A stretch of DNA of 64,000 nucleotides, from contig JAXLNO010002335.1 in the NCBI GenBank assembly GCA_038087875.1, positions 310,001-374,000 of the forward strand. Reading direction: 5' to 3'. Of this stretch, positions 13,737-26,989 are shown piece after piece (positions within the stretch are counted from its first letter, which is position 1; each line of letters begins with the position of its first letter). Below the pieces are notes generated by a model. The model searched no databases. It saw only the letters and a program-made list of their open reading frames with translations, and was not told where the DNA came from. The stretch comes from Malacoraja senta. Taxonomy: Eukaryota. The position numbers were made by a program, and so were the translations under genes.

Positions 13737-15359
13737 CAGTGGCTTGCAAAAGTATTCATACCCCTTGAACTTTTCCACATTTTGTCACATTACAACTACA
13801 AACGTAAATGTATTTTATTGGGATTTTATGTGATAGACCAACACAAAGTGGCGCATAATTGTGAAGTGGAAGGAAAATGATACATGGTTTTCAAATTTTT
13901 TTACAAATAAAAAACTGAAAAGTGTCGCGTGCAAAAGTATTCAGCCCCCCTGAGTCAATACATTGTAGAACCACCTTTCGCTGCAATTACAGCTGCAAGT
14001 CTTTTGGGGTATGTCCCTACCAGCTTTGCACATCTAGAGACTGACATTTTTGCCCATCCTTCTTTGCAAAATAGCTCAAGCTCAGTCAGATTGGATGGAG
14101 AGCGTCTGTGAACAGCAATTTTCAAGTCTTGCCAGAGATTCTCAATTGGATTTAGTTCTGGACTTTGACTGGGCCATTCTAACACATGAATATGCTTTGA
14201 TCTAAACCATTCCATTGTAGCTCTGGCTGTATGTTTAGGGTCGTTGTCCTGCTGGAAGGTGAACCTCCGCCCCAGTCTCAAGTCTTTTGCAGACTCTAAC
14301 AGGTTTTCTTCCAAGATTGCCCTGTATTTGGCTCCATCCATCTTCCCATCAACTCTGACCAGCTTCCCTGTCCCTGCTGAAGAAAAGCATCCCCAGAGCA
14401 TGATGCTGCCACCACCATGTTTCACAGTGGGGATGGTGTGTTCAGGGTGATGTGCAGTGTTAGGTTTCCGCCACACATAGTGTTTTGCATTTAGGCCAAA
14501 AACTTCAATTTTGGTCTCATCTGACCAGAGCACCTTCCTCCACATGTTTGCTGTGTCCCCCACATGGCTTGTGGCAAACTGCAAACGGGACTTCTTATGG
14601 CTTTTTTTAAACAATGGCTTTCTTCTTGCCACTCTTGCATAAAGGCCCGATTTGTGGAGTGCACGACTAATAGTTGTCCTGTGGACAGATTCTCCCACCT
14701 GAGCTGTGGATCTCTGCAGCTCCTCCAGAGTTTCCATGGGCCTCTTGGCTGCTTCTCTGATCAATGCTCTCCTTGCCCGGCCTGTCAGTTTAGGTGGATG
14801 GCCATGTCTTGGTAGGTTTGCAGTTGTGCCATACTCTTTCCATTTTCGGATGATGGATTGAACAGTGCTCCGTGAGATGTTCAAAGCTTGGGATATTTGT
14901 TTATAACCTAACGCTGAATTTACATTTAACTTCTCCACAACTTTATCCCTGACCTGTCTGGTGTGTTCCTTGGGCTTCATGATGCTGTTTGTTCACTAAT
15001 GTTTTCTAACGAACCTCTGAGGCCTTCACAGAACAGCTGTATTTATACTGAGATTAGATTACACACAAGTGGACTCTAGTTACTAATTAGTTGACTTCTG
15101 AAGGCAATTGGTTGCACTGGATTTTATTTAGGGGTATCAGAGTAAAGGGGGCTGAATACTTTTGCACGCGACACTTTTCAGTTTTTTATTTGTAAAAAAA
15201 TTTGAAAACCATGTATCATTTTCCTTCCACTTCACAATTATGCACCACTTTGTGTTGGTCTATCACATAAAATCCCAATAAAATACATTTACGTTTGTGG
15301 TTGTAACGTGACAAAATGTGGAAAAGTTCAAGGGGTATGAATACTTTTGCAAGCCACTG
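13737..15359 (-). mobile_element. Full-length Tc1 DNA transposon (IR/DR type, Passport-like)
   Basis: TA|CAGTGGCTTGCAAAAGTATTCA ... TGAATACTTTTGCAAGCCACTG|TA. TIRs of ~210 bp, each with outer and inner direct repeats (TGCAAAAGTATTCA). TA TSD; 1623 bp long. Confidence 0.97.
13955..14980 (-). CDS. Tc1 transposase, DD34E, 341 aa, uninterrupted
   Basis: WSDETK, FQQDNDPKH and SPELNPIENLW, with 34 residues between the second D and the E. Paired-like N-terminus; KHGGGSIMLWGCF. Confidence 0.97.
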   Translation of the reverse strand: MKPKEHTRQVRDKVVEKLNVNSALGYKQISQALNISRSTVQSIIRKWKEYGTTANLPRHGHPPKLTGRARRALIREAAKRPMETLEELQRSTAQVGESVHRTTISRALHKSGLYARVARRKPLFKKSHKKSRLQFATSHVGDTANMWRKVLWSDETKIEVFGLNAKHYVWRKPNTAHHPEHTIPTVKHGGGSIMLWGCFSSAGTGKLVRVDGKMDGAKYRAILEENLLESAKDLRLGRRFTFQQDNDPKHTARATMEWFRSKHIHVLEWPSQSPELNPIENLWQDLKIAVHRRSPSNLTELELFCKEGWAKMSVSRCAKLVGTYPKRLAAVIAAKGGSTMY

Positions 15360-17363
15360 TATCTTCCACTGACAGGAAAATGCCTAACCCTAACCATAAC
15401 TCGCCCCCCTTCCAGAGCTGCCCACGGCTGGAGCTGGAGCCGCTTTGGGACCGGCTGCGGGCTCCGTACATGTGGCCCCGCAGCGTGTCCACCTCGGCCA
15501 GCATGCCCTTCTCGATCATTGTGGTGATGATGGTGGGGAGCAGCACTGCCCTGCATGCCGCCGGGCCGCCTTTACCACCACCATAGCGCTGGCTCTGTCA
15601 GTCCGCCCGCTCGCTCGTTGCAACACTCGTCTACCGACGGCCCGACCGACCACTCGCAGCACCCACCGGCGGCCCAGCCACTCTCACCACCCACCGGCAG
15701 CCCGACAGCCCGATAGATCCTCCACAGCATCCTTCGGCCTACCGAGAAGCCCGACCGACAGACTGACCCTGACCCTAACCCTAATCCTAATGCTAGCTCT
15801 ACATTTGTTATTTATCATTTTTACTTAACAGTTCACATCATAACTTTATAAAGATAAATCAATTGAAAAACAAAATGATCAGCAAGGAGAGCATTACCTT
15901 TATTCCTGGGAAACTTTGTTATTGTTTTGATGTAATGAGGAGGCAGCCATGATCCCAGGGTCCTCCCTGCCTGGCGACCATAAAACAAAGGGCGGGATTG
16001 GTCAACTTGCATCCGACCTCAATGTCAAACGTGCATAGACAGTTACTACTTGGAAAATTGGAAGTTTTTCTCAAATTTAATTTTTGGTCTTCAAGAGTTT
16101 CAGGTATGATTTATATCATATTTTTACACAATATGTTAAAAATACAGGTAGTTCTGTGAGTTGGGTCACGAACTTGAACGAAAAAGCACCTTGGCCCACA
16201 GCCTAATTTTGAGTTTGGCCATGTATGCGACATGCAAATAAATGCATAAACCCATCTTACAAGATGTGCCAGTCGTAAGTTGCGAGTTAAGTTGACCACT
16301 GTTGGGAACGTAGTATAAAGAAACCATGTACTATACTAATATTGATCTTTAGATGTTTACTATTCCAATTGTGCTCTAATAACTCCTATGGAATATTAAT
16401 CGTGATAATACCCAATATTTTGACATTCTCTTCCAAAAGCAGGAATGATTTTAAAAATTCTGCTCTGAATTCAGTTAGTTGTAAATCAAGGTTCGTGGTT
16501 ATCTGTACATGAGATTTAGGTCATTTAGTTCATTTTCAGTTTCTGCAATATATACCATGTGAGACAACGATGCAGTGCAAGGATAGATTGCAAGTGCAAT
16601 GGAAAATGTATTTATAGTGAATAAAACGGAACATTTAGAATTGGGACACAAGAAACTGCAAATGCTGGATTCTAGAGCAAAACATGGAGTGCTGGGGGCA
16701 GGTTAGGCATCAGCATCAGGGGAGGGGATGGGTAGACAAGGTTTTGAGTTGGGACCTTTCTGCAGACAATATTATCTTTGCTCTTTGCAACTCTTTCCAA
16801 ATTCTAGGTTCCTCAGACACCAATAACATATCTTTTCTTTTCTATTCCAGTGCGCATTTACTCCATAACTTCAAAAATTAAACAGACTGGCTTTAACTTG
16901 ACATGAATTTAATTTTAAATTTTGGATTTAAATGTTCAAACATAATACAGTGCAAAAGAAAGTAAATGCTGCTTGTTCTTGGTTCACTGCACTGGCCAAT
17001 GCACTACCTAATTGACATATGATTTCCCACCCACACACAAAAGCAATCAGCCATCTGTAAATGTTCATGCAAAACCTACTTCCCCAGGACTATCTTGTGT
17101 GACATAGAATAGATATTAATACATATGCTTGTGAACTGGCAAGTCTGCAAGGTTGGTTCTTATCCAATGAATACCTGATGTTGAGATGGTGCTTAATATT
17201 TTATTATGAAATCTTCTGCACATATAAAGGATATGAGGTGAGCAGCAGCATATTAATTATATATATGAATGTGATTTATCAAATTTTAAATTACAATTAA
17301 ACTGTACGGTATTTATCACATTGAACCACAGCACCAGGAGAACTCTTACATTTTTATAAAAGA

Positions 17364-17530
17364 TTAGACCAGGTGCGGACCCATTGGGCCTGTCCCCCAA
17401 GGAATATTCCACCACTAACCCGTAGCTCCCAACTGCGCAGGCGTGGCTGAGGGGTTCCCGTTGTGATGCCAAAGATACCTGTTGTGACGCGAGTCATGGC
17501 AACTCCACCCCCCCCCCCCCCAACTGCGCC
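17364..17530 (+). mobile_element. Possible 5' part of a non-autonomous Helitron/Helentron-like element
   Basis: Starts TAGACCAGGTGCGGACCCATTGGGCC (short hairpin), GC-rich island in AT-rich DNA. Recognised from memory only. Confidence 0.35.
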
Positions 17531-19077
17531 TCACCATCCCCTTTACCGTATATCTTTTCCTGCATCTCACTTTTACCATTCTTTTCAAATCATATTGTTT
17601 CAGTCAACTGGCAAAGCTGATCATTTGAAGTATAAACACATATTTCTTGGGATCGAACAAAAAGGAGAGCATCGAAAATATTTTTGAAACAAATAGGAAT
17701 TTTTCAGCATTTATGAAATTATTCTGAAGTATTGTTACAAATCCAACACCAATAGCATGGTGAATCACTAATCACAATTTTAGTCAGTGGAATTATTTTG
17801 TTGCATAACCCCTTTAAACTCTCCCAACATATTTAATTGGATGCATCTGTGGATGTCTATAGAACTATCTGAAATTCTCTTGTTCATTTTATAATCTGAT
17901 TGAAAAACTTATGAAATGAACTGCAAACCGTTTGCCAAGAAAGTGGCTCACATGTTGCTGAAAAACTCAGCCTTCCTTGATCAGCTATTGTTTCTTCCTT
18001 GAGTACATTGATTTAGCGATTATTTCTGGGTGGGATCTCGTTAATCCCAAAATTGGATTGGACATTTCCAATTTAGTTCACATTAGTTCATCTGACTTTT
18101 TGTCAGCATCTCAATCTATAAAGTGTTGAAAGTAAAGTCATGCTATGTGTATTTCCAACCATATTCAATAACCATTATGGAACAGTCTCACTCTATCGAG
18201 GACCGTGTTTTTTTAAACCATTTTTAAAAGGAGATGCTGCTCACTTCAGAGGACTTGATTTGGCAGCTTCATGCCTGGTTTAAGCATCTTCGAAAGTCCT
18301 CGGTGTATAAAACTGATAGTAAGAGTGAAAACTAACTAAAGGTGTTTTATCCAGCATCTACTTGTAGAGGTACTCACTTAATTGATACCGTAATTGTAGC
18401 ACTCCATTAGGAGGTGTTGGAATGGGCATGGGATGCCACTCAAGGTGGATTGGAGACCCTGAATCTGGACACACACAACATGTCCATCTGCAGAGAGCCT
18501 TCCCCTGGGGAGTCTTCAGAGATAATATCCAACCTGAATCTCTCTGATGTGCTCTGCCGAGGCCATCACTGAGATATGTTATATTCTGTGAAGTGTCACA
18601 TTCTCGTGCTTGGACAACTCTTTTCATGGAGGTTCAGGTTACGTTGATTCTGAATTCCCTGGCCACAGGATCATTTTAAGTGGCCAGAACCATTGTCAGC
18701 AACATCCCCCAATTTGTAGGTCATTGCAGCTCTAGAGGGGTCATTGATGCCCTATATTCTCCAACAGGTAATTTCACTGACTTTGATTTTAACGAAAGAA
18801 CGTTGAACCTTGAGCAATGGGATTTGCCGGCATTCCCACAAATGCAGTTTGACATTATTATCCTGGAGCTTTGTTCACTACAATTGGATGAGTTTACAAC
18901 AACATTGCACTTTCAAGCATCAGTAACCATTTTGCCCAATGGTCTCTCATCTGTTTCTTTGAGAACTGGTAAAATGAAGCAGTTGCTTGGTCTTAGACAA
19001 TAGACAATAATCTTAATATGAAATATTGCTCGCATTTCACATCTTATCCTGGGAGTCCTTCCTTCACAGGTTACCAT

Positions 19078-19510
19078 TACGATACGATATGATAAACGTT
19101 ATTCATCCCGGAGGGAAATTGGTCTGCTGACAGTAACAACACACAAGGCACACAAAAACTTGAAATTAGAAGTGTAAACAAAAAGAAAAGACAATCGATT
19201 GTTGGCTGGCTGCCGTGTACACAAGGTCTTCACTGGATCAAATGAACAAACAAACAAACAAACGCAGACTTATTCCCTGGGCAGAGGATTCTAAACTAGA
19301 GTGCCCCCCCCCCTCCCCCACACCGGGTCCCCCTTTGTTTTCCCACTGTCCTCCATGGTCTTCACGGTGTTCCCTCCATGCCAGGTCCCCATTGTCTCCC
19401 TCTCTCCCCTCACGCTCATCGACCACGAGGCCCCACCGCCACCGAGGCTCCCGCCACCGCCGAGGCGCACGTTATCGTGAGGCCCCTGCTGCCGCCGCCG
19501 AGTCTCCCAC
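19078..19510 (-). mobile_element. 3' end of a LINE (Rex1/Babar-like) with (TATCG)n-type tail
   Basis: Reverse strand ends AATAACGTTTATCATATCGTATCGT. About 270 bp are homologous to 44070-44340. Confidence 0.6.
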
Positions 19511-19759
19511 TGCCGAGTCTTACAATTATAGGTATTGTAATTACCTAATTTATGTAGATCAATGATTATATTACTGACCTGATCCATGCCGGTTTTCACA
19601 ATGCCATCTTGTGGTATGCAGTTAGCTGGGCAAGGCAGTCAGTTTTGATAAGGATTTAAAACGACACGGGGGCTTTCGTGTGGTCTCTAACTTTTATATG
19701 GATATTCAAGAACTTTATATGAAGTTAAACGATTTGTTGTTTCACTGCTTCATACATGA

Positions 19760-22164
19760 CCCAGCAGTGCGACCCGTTGTTCGGCCTGCACATCGCATTC
19801 CCATTTCTATGCGGGGATCGGGTCAAGGCTGAATTAAACAGAATGCAAGCATTGGGGTTATCACACTTGTTCCGGAACCAACCGATTGAGAATCCTCGAT
19901 GGTAGCTACCACCAAAAAGAACAAATAAGAGATTCGTATATGCATCAACCCCAGAGACCTGAACATTGCCCTGAAAAGACCACTTCACCCCATGTGCAAG
20001 TAAAGCGACGATATTCTCTGTGCTAGATGCTAAGAACTCTTTCTGGCAAATTCTCCCTGGATCACAAATCATCAATGCTTACCACCTTCAGCACTTCTTT
20101 CGGCCGCTACAGGTTCCTACGAATGCCATTCGGAATCAATTATGCCAGTGAGGTATTCCAACGCATATGGAACAAATCTTCGATGGACACCACTGCGTGA
20201 TCATCGTCAATGACATTATCGTTGAGGGCAGGGACATGAAAGAGCACAACGACAACTTAAGAAAGGTGCTCGTACGTGCCAGGGAGATGCACTTGAAACT
20301 TAATCCTCACAAGTGTAAGTTCCGCATCAACCAGGTGAGCTATGTGGAACATATTTTTACAAGTGACGGCCTCAAAGCTGATCCATCAGCGAAATGATGC
20401 GCCAGCAGATGTCACCGTCCTGCAGAGATTTCTGGGCATGGTCAACTACCTTGGGAAATTCATTCCAAATTTCAGTGAACTCTTGGCTCCCCTACGGCAA
20501 CTTACTCATACAGACACTGCCTGGACATGGCACGAGCAGCAGCAACGTGCTTTTGACACACTCAGACAACAGATGTTGTGTCCTCCTAATTTGTCCTATT
20601 CGATGTCAATCAGCCTGTCATGCTTACCTGCGACGCTTCGCAGTATGGCCTCAGCGCCGCATGCCTGCAGGGAGAAAAGCCTGTCGCCTACGCTTCCAGG
20701 ACAATGATGGACACTGAGACTAGATACGCACAGATCGAAAAGGATTTGCTGGCAGTGGTCTTTGCATGTGCCAAGTTCAACGACTACATCTTTGGCAAAC
20801 TGGTAACCTTTGAAACCGATCACCAGACTCTGGTAACCATCCTAAACAAGCCCATACACGTGGCTCCGGCTAGACTGCAAAGGATGACGCTAAGACTCCA
20901 GAAGTATGACATTACTCTTGTTTACAAACACGGAAAACACATGTACCTGGCCGACATTCTGTCTCGGGCTCCAAGGAAAACACTGCCAACACACAACTGA
21001 GAAGAACACTTTCGATGTCATGGTGGTTGATGACATTCATCCATCTCGTCTGGAAGACCCTGGTAACACACACAGCAGAAGACACCACTCTGCAGACACT
21101 CACCTCAATCATTAAACATGGATGGCCCAGCAAGCAGCACATGCTTCCTCCCACTATTTGGCCCTACTTTCCCGTTAGAGACAAACTAACCATTGATAAT
21201 GGGGTCATTAAGAAGGGCCACAAGGCAATGTCCCGGCCTCGCTCCAACAGGAGTAAACAGAGGACCTCCCGGTTCAGAAGCCACTGTGCAAAGAGCAAAG
21301 GGCATGTTTTTCTGGCCTTCAATGACAGATAATATACACCAGAGGGTGCAGTCTTGTGCTGTGTGCAACAGCATGAAGCCACACCAGCAGAGAGCACCGC
21401 TTCTGCTGCACCTCGTCCAAGACCTGCCTTGGTCTCTAGTGGCAACCGACATCTAAGATTGGCACGGTCATCAATACCTGGTCCTGGTGGACTCAGACTC
21501 CGGGTGGTATGAGATTGATTTGCTTCGCACTACCTCTGCAGCAGCAGTTATTCTGAAGCTAAGAAGACACTTCTCGGTCCACGTACCCTCATGTCCGACA
21601 ATGCTGGGCAATTCACAAGCCAACGTTTTAAAGATTTCGCAAAACAGTGGGACTTTAAGCATATCACCAGTAGTCCAGAATATCCCCACTCGAATGGACT
21701 GGCAGAACGGGGTGTCCGCAGTCCAATACAAGTCCTAGAAAAATCCAACCGAGCTGGGCCGGATGTATTCTTGGATCTCCTCAATCTCCGTAATGTTCCA
21801 CGAGACACAACACTCGGCTCTCCAGCACAATGCCTGATGTCCAGACAGACATGTACCAATCTTCCCATCTCAAAGCAACTGCTACAGCCACGCATATATG
21901 AGCCACATGTAGTTCAGGCTCAACTGCACCATAAAAGGCTGACACAAAAGGCATGCTACGATCGATCAAGCCGACCACTCAAACCATTGATGGAAGGACA
22001 GACCGTCAGGCTACAAACCTGGAAAGGATATGACCACATGGGCACGGTCAATAAGGCAAGCCAGGTGCCAAGATCCTATCTGGTTCAGTCAGAAGGAAGT
22101 TTCTACAGAAGGTACCGGAGACACATCCTACTGGTCAATGAGCTGGTGCCATCGCAACAAATCC
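19760..22164 (+). mobile_element. Degenerate Ty3/Gypsy LTR retrotransposon pol (RT-RNaseH-integrase), truncated by an assembly gap
   Basis: Frameshifted fragments: IIVNDII (RT, D->N), RFLGMVNYLGKFIPN, CDASQYGL and YAQIEKDLLAV (RNase H), CAVC (IN zinc finger), SDNAGQF and SNGLAERGV (IN core), in Gypsy domain order. Confidence 0.93.
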
Positions 22165-22364
22165 NNNNNNNNNNNNNNNNNNNNNNNNNNNNNNNNNNNN
22201 NNNNNNNNNNNNNNNNNNNNNNNNNNNNNNNNNNNNNNNNNNNNNNNNNNNNNNNNNNNNNNNNNNNNNNNNNNNNNNNNNNNNNNNNNNNNNNNNNNNN
22301 NNNNNNNNNNNNNNNNNNNNNNNNNNNNNNNNNNNNNNNNNNNNNNNNNNNNNNNNNNNNNNNN
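22165..22364. other. Assembly gap (200 N)
   Basis: Run of N. Confidence 1.
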
Positions 22365-22854
22365 GGGAGAGAGAGAAGAGGGGGAGGGAGAGAGGAGTTA
22401 GGGAGGGAGAGGAGAGGGAGGGGGAGAGAGGGGATGGGAGAGACCCGAGCCGAGGTGGCAAGCAGGCGGGCGAGCCAGCGAGTGTCGACCAATGGAGCGC
22501 CGGTTGGGCCGACGCAATCTTCAGCTATGATCTTTGGTCTTCAGTCGACAGGGCGACTTTTGAACAACCGGGGGAGGAGGGAGGGGTAGGAGGTGACATC
22601 AGTCGCAGCGTGAGCAGACGGCAGGCAAGCAGATCTATTGTCACGTCATCAGCGAGAAACAGGCATATTGATTTCAAAGTTTGATCGGATTTGTGAACAT
22701 TTTTTTATTAATAACAAAAAATAAAGCACAACATTTCAGGGATGCCAATTTTCGGACTCCAGGGGGTAAATCTCTACCAGAATATTTAAAAATTTCCGGT
22801 TCGTGCGTCATCTTTCGAAAAGATGTGAAAACACATAAACAAATAAATAAATAC

Positions 22855-22915
<61 letters not shown>

Positions 22916-22962
22916 CACACACATCGAAGATCCGAGTTTTATAGTTATTAAAGATATATGAT
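22365..22962 (+). mobile_element. 3' part of a non-autonomous Helitron/Helentron (DINE-like) element with (CA)n
   Basis: GA-rich start, AT-rich body, (CA)n at 22856-22922, then GTTTTATAGTTATTAAAGAT: the microsatellite-before-terminus layout of DINE-type elements. Confidence 0.5.
22856..22922. repeat. (CA)n microsatellite
   Basis: About 30 CA units. Confidence 0.98.
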
Positions 22963-22979
22963 TGAATCAAAATCAAGAA

Positions 22980-23984
22980 TTATAAATTCACATTTCAAAA
23001 AATGGTTTCACAATTCAGCAGTACTGATTTTCAGTATTCCATACAGATATTTTGAGAAAACATGAGGTTGCATGCAAAATACTGATTTTCAAAAATACGG
23101 TTTCTGTGTAGTACGTTCTATTGCATTTATGTGAGAAAATATCGATTTCCCCAACAAAATACTGATTTTTCAGCTATCAAAATATGGAAATGCTCGGTGA
23201 AACTTGGCAGTGCAATTATTCACAATCACTTTGTGTTTGAGAATTCAAAATGTGATTTGTGATCTTGTTTATGAGTCATCATGGAACAGAATTTGTTATA
23301 ATAGTATGACAGTAAAATAGGTTAGTTTGAAAGCAGTCATAGTAATGTAAATGCACCATTTAGTTTGACTTCAATTTCATGATGGAAACTAAATAGTCGA
23401 ACTAAATGTTGTATTCACATCATTATTCTATGTTGAGATTGATGTGATGTGAAGTTGTTAGGTCAGGAGGACCATTAAAGGTACATTGCCACACTAACAC
23501 AGTCGAACAGTAAACAGGCAATCAAATCAACACACAAAACATTTTCTAAAAAAATGTTTTTCTTTACTGCAAAAACATACAGTATTTTATTTGCACTTTT
23601 GCATGCTCCTTTATAACATTTTACATAATATTTTACGACAGTACAACTTGATTATTAAAACAAGGACAAATTTTCAATTCTTGATTTAAAAAATGTATAC
23701 AACAATGACCCCAATCATCCCATTCCACCTCATTACTCTTGACAACCAAAAATTATTTCTGAAATATTGGTCATAAATTTGGTGCAAAAATGCTCCAAAT
23801 AAGGCTCAGAATGCACCAGAGAGCATCTAAAACCCAGAGCTTCCAGGGCCCTTAAGCGGGCCTGGACCCTGGCCGCGAGGGGCTTCGCGGCTCGTGATGT
23901 GCGCTGCCAGCACATTATATCACATAAATTTTTTGTAATCCTGTCATGCCACCCCCCCTTTTGAAAATGCTTTGTATGGTCCTG
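22980..23984. mobile_element. One end of a probable non-autonomous DNA transposon (hAT-like)
   Basis: Repeated TACTGATTTT motif (23022, 23080, 23160), GC hairpins at 23843-23890, and terminus CCCCCCCTTTTGAAAATGCTTTGTATGGTCCTG. The other end is not seen. Confidence 0.4.
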
Positions 23985-23987
23985 ATA

Positions 23988-25940
23988 TCTCTTGGTTTAC
24001 AGCAGAACTCAGACAGCACCGCCAGTCTAAAGATGAGGCCTACAGGAGCTGGGGTGCAGACCTCTACAGGCAGGCCAAGTACAAGCTGAGAAGAGAAAGA
24101 CCGGCCAAGGAAAGGTACTCTGAGAAGTTGAGGAGCACGTTCTCAGCTAATGACTCATCTTCAGTGTGGAAGGGCTTGCAAGAAATCACCAGCTACAAGG
24201 GACGTCCCCTCCTTGGACAATCGTCAGTTGATCAACGACCTGAACGAGTTCTACTGCAGGTTTGACAGACAGAAACATAACCACGGTACCCCCCTCCCCC
24301 CCTCCCACTCCTCCCCAATCACCACTTCACACCTACTTACAGCCCGACTCCAGTCTGCAGACTGGGCCCTCCTCCACTACCCACCCCCTCCTTGCTGCCA
24401 CTTCTCCATCACTAATAATAGAAATTGAGGAGATGGAAAAGCTATTCAGGAGACAGAAAGGCCAGAAATCTCCAGGACAGGACAATGTTTCCCCTCTACC
24501 CTCAAGCTTTGTGCCAGTCTACAGACTGATTTTCAATCAGTCCCTGCAAACCTGCACAGTCCCTGCCTGCTTCAAAGTCTCCACTATTGTTCCTGTACCC
24601 AAAAAGCCAAGGATTACTGATCTTAATGATTACAGGCCTGTCACACTGACCTCTGTAATCATGAAAAGCCTTGATAGATTTGTGCTGGCCCACCTGAAAA
24701 ATATCACAAACCCCCTGCTGAACCCCTTGCAGTTTGCATACTGGGCCAATAGATCAGTGGATGACACAGTCAACCCAGGCCTGCACTTCATCCTCCAGCA
24801 CCTAGACTGCCAGAGGGCCTTTGCAAGGATTTTGTTTGTGGATTTTAGCTCTGAATTCAACACGATTGTGCCAGAGCTACTACACTACAAACCCTCACAT
24901 TTTACTGTGCCTGAACCCTTCCGTCAGTGGATCACCAACTTCCTGACAGACAGGAAGCAGCATGTGAGGTTGGGAAAGTACATCTCGGATCCGCTGACCC
25001 TCAGCATAGGAGCACCACAAGTCTGTGTATTCTGCCCTCTCCTTTACTCTCTCTACACCAACGACTGCACCTCCACAGACTCCTCTGTCAAGCTTCTCAA
25101 GTTTGCGGACGACACAACCCTGATTGGACTGATCCAGGATGGGGAGGAATCTGCCGACAGACAGGAAGTGACACAGCTGGCGGCCTGGTGCCATCGCAAC
25201 AACCTGGAGCTCAATGCTCTTAAGACAGCAGAATTGATTATAGACTTTAGGAGAGCTCCCCCTCCCCTCCCCTCACTCGCCAAAAACAACAACACAGTCA
25301 TTTAAGTTCCTTGGAACCATCATCTCCAGGGACCTAAAATGGGAGGCCACCATTGGCTCCACAGTCAAAAAGGCCCAACAGAAGATGTATTGCGGCAGCT
25401 GAGAAAACACAATCTGCCACAGGCAATGATGGTCCAGTTTTATACTGCCATCATAGAGTCTGTCCTCACCTTCTCCATCATGGTCTGGTTTGGCTCAGCC
25501 ACCAAACATGACATCCGGAGGCTGCAGCGCATTGTTCGAACAGCTGAGAAGGTTGTTGGCTGCAACCTTCCCCCTCATTGATGAACTGTACACTGCAAGG
25601 GCCAGGAAGTGAGCGTGTAAGATCATCTCTGACCCCTCTCACCCTGGCCACAAACTCTTTGAAGTACCTACCTCTGGGAGGCGACTCCGGACTGTCAAAG
25701 CCACCACAGCCAGAAATAAAAACAGTTTTTTTTCCACGAGCAGTAGCTCTACTCAACAGCCAAAAGTCTGTAGCCTCCTTTTGCTCTGGTATTTTATTTT
25801 ATTCTTCACATGTTTAAATTATAATGTTTTATTTTTTATTGTCTACTGTATATCGTGTTGTTATCCTTGTGAGCAAAGCACCAAATTCCTTGTATGCAAA
25901 CATGCTTGGCTAATAAAATGTATTCAATTCAATTCAATTC
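23988..25940 (+). mobile_element. Rex1/Babar LINE, 5'-truncated; RT ORF remnant at 24262-25305
   Basis: LNDYRPVTLTSVIMK, PLQFAY, RILFVDFSSEFNTI, LYSLYTND, KFADDTT. 3' AATAAA plus (ATTCA)n tail. Confidence 0.92.
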
Positions 25941-26989
25941 GCTATATATAAAATCCAGGAGTATAATTAAATCCAGGTGATCTATCGTCAACTGTCTCAA
26001 TTTATCCTGTCACTTTCAAATAATCTTGGAGATAAATTCAGGAAACACTCACTGGGCAAGGCAGCATCTGCGGAAAGAGAAACAAAGTTAATGTTTCAAG
26101 GCAATGACACTTCACCAGATCAGTATTTTCTGCTATTATTTCAGATTTTACTTTTATTGGTGTTTATTAGTTTTCTTGAGAAGAGATTCATTGGCTGTAA
26201 ATTATATTACGATACTCTAAGGACAGAAGCCTGCTCTTTCCTTCTTTTAACATTACACCATGAAAAAAATATCATGAATTTTCACTAGAAATTTCTGATC
26301 TGAATCATAACATTTGATTTGGTAAATTAAGCTAGTCTTATGGTAAGTGGGCAATGAACTGATCCAACCTAATATCAGACATTTGTTGTTTTGGATTAAG
26401 ACAGAAAATCAGCCAATAGTCAACAGTAAGATAAGGAAAGTGTTAGGTAATTAGATGAGAAGTTTGTGAGCAGGCACAATGTTGAGCAGACATTACTCAC
26501 TTATTTTTTAATACATTTGATTGATAATGGGTCAGTTATTTATTGAATTGAATTGAATACTTTATTGTCACATGTGACATCACAGTGAAATTCTTTGCTT
26601 GCAAACCCAAGATCCCCCCATGCTGGGCCCTCCATTGTTCATTGTTCTCCCCCCTCCCTCACGACAGTCCCCCCACGCTGGGTCTTTCAGTGCAAGAAGT
26701 GATGGATTGAATAACAATGCATTGTTCCCAATATTTAGATAAAAACAAAACTTTTTGAGTAGCTTAAATGCTAAAAGTTAACTAAATTAAAATATATTGA
26801 TTGCTATATTTTGTTTCATTGCGCAGCTATAACAAATTAATTATAATCTGCTTTTATTAAAAACAGATTATATGTACATTACAACTCAGCACCAATAGTT
26901 TAAAATCTATATTGGATAAATTCGAGACGTCTGTAGCTTATGTCCTGTGCCATGATTTTAAAGCCAAAGAAGTCCCTGGAATTCGTCTA

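Noticed and set aside
15480-15525. MIEKGMLAEVDTL as a MiaA/TRIT1 fragment
   Set aside because: The resemblance is limited to ~12 residues with no flanking support.
15383-15790. Interstitial telomere or fusion site
   Set aside because: Only 2-4 degenerate CCCTAA units, common inside fish transposons.
21591-22589. 332-aa ORF
   Set aside because: A Gypsy integrase remnant artificially extended through the N gap.
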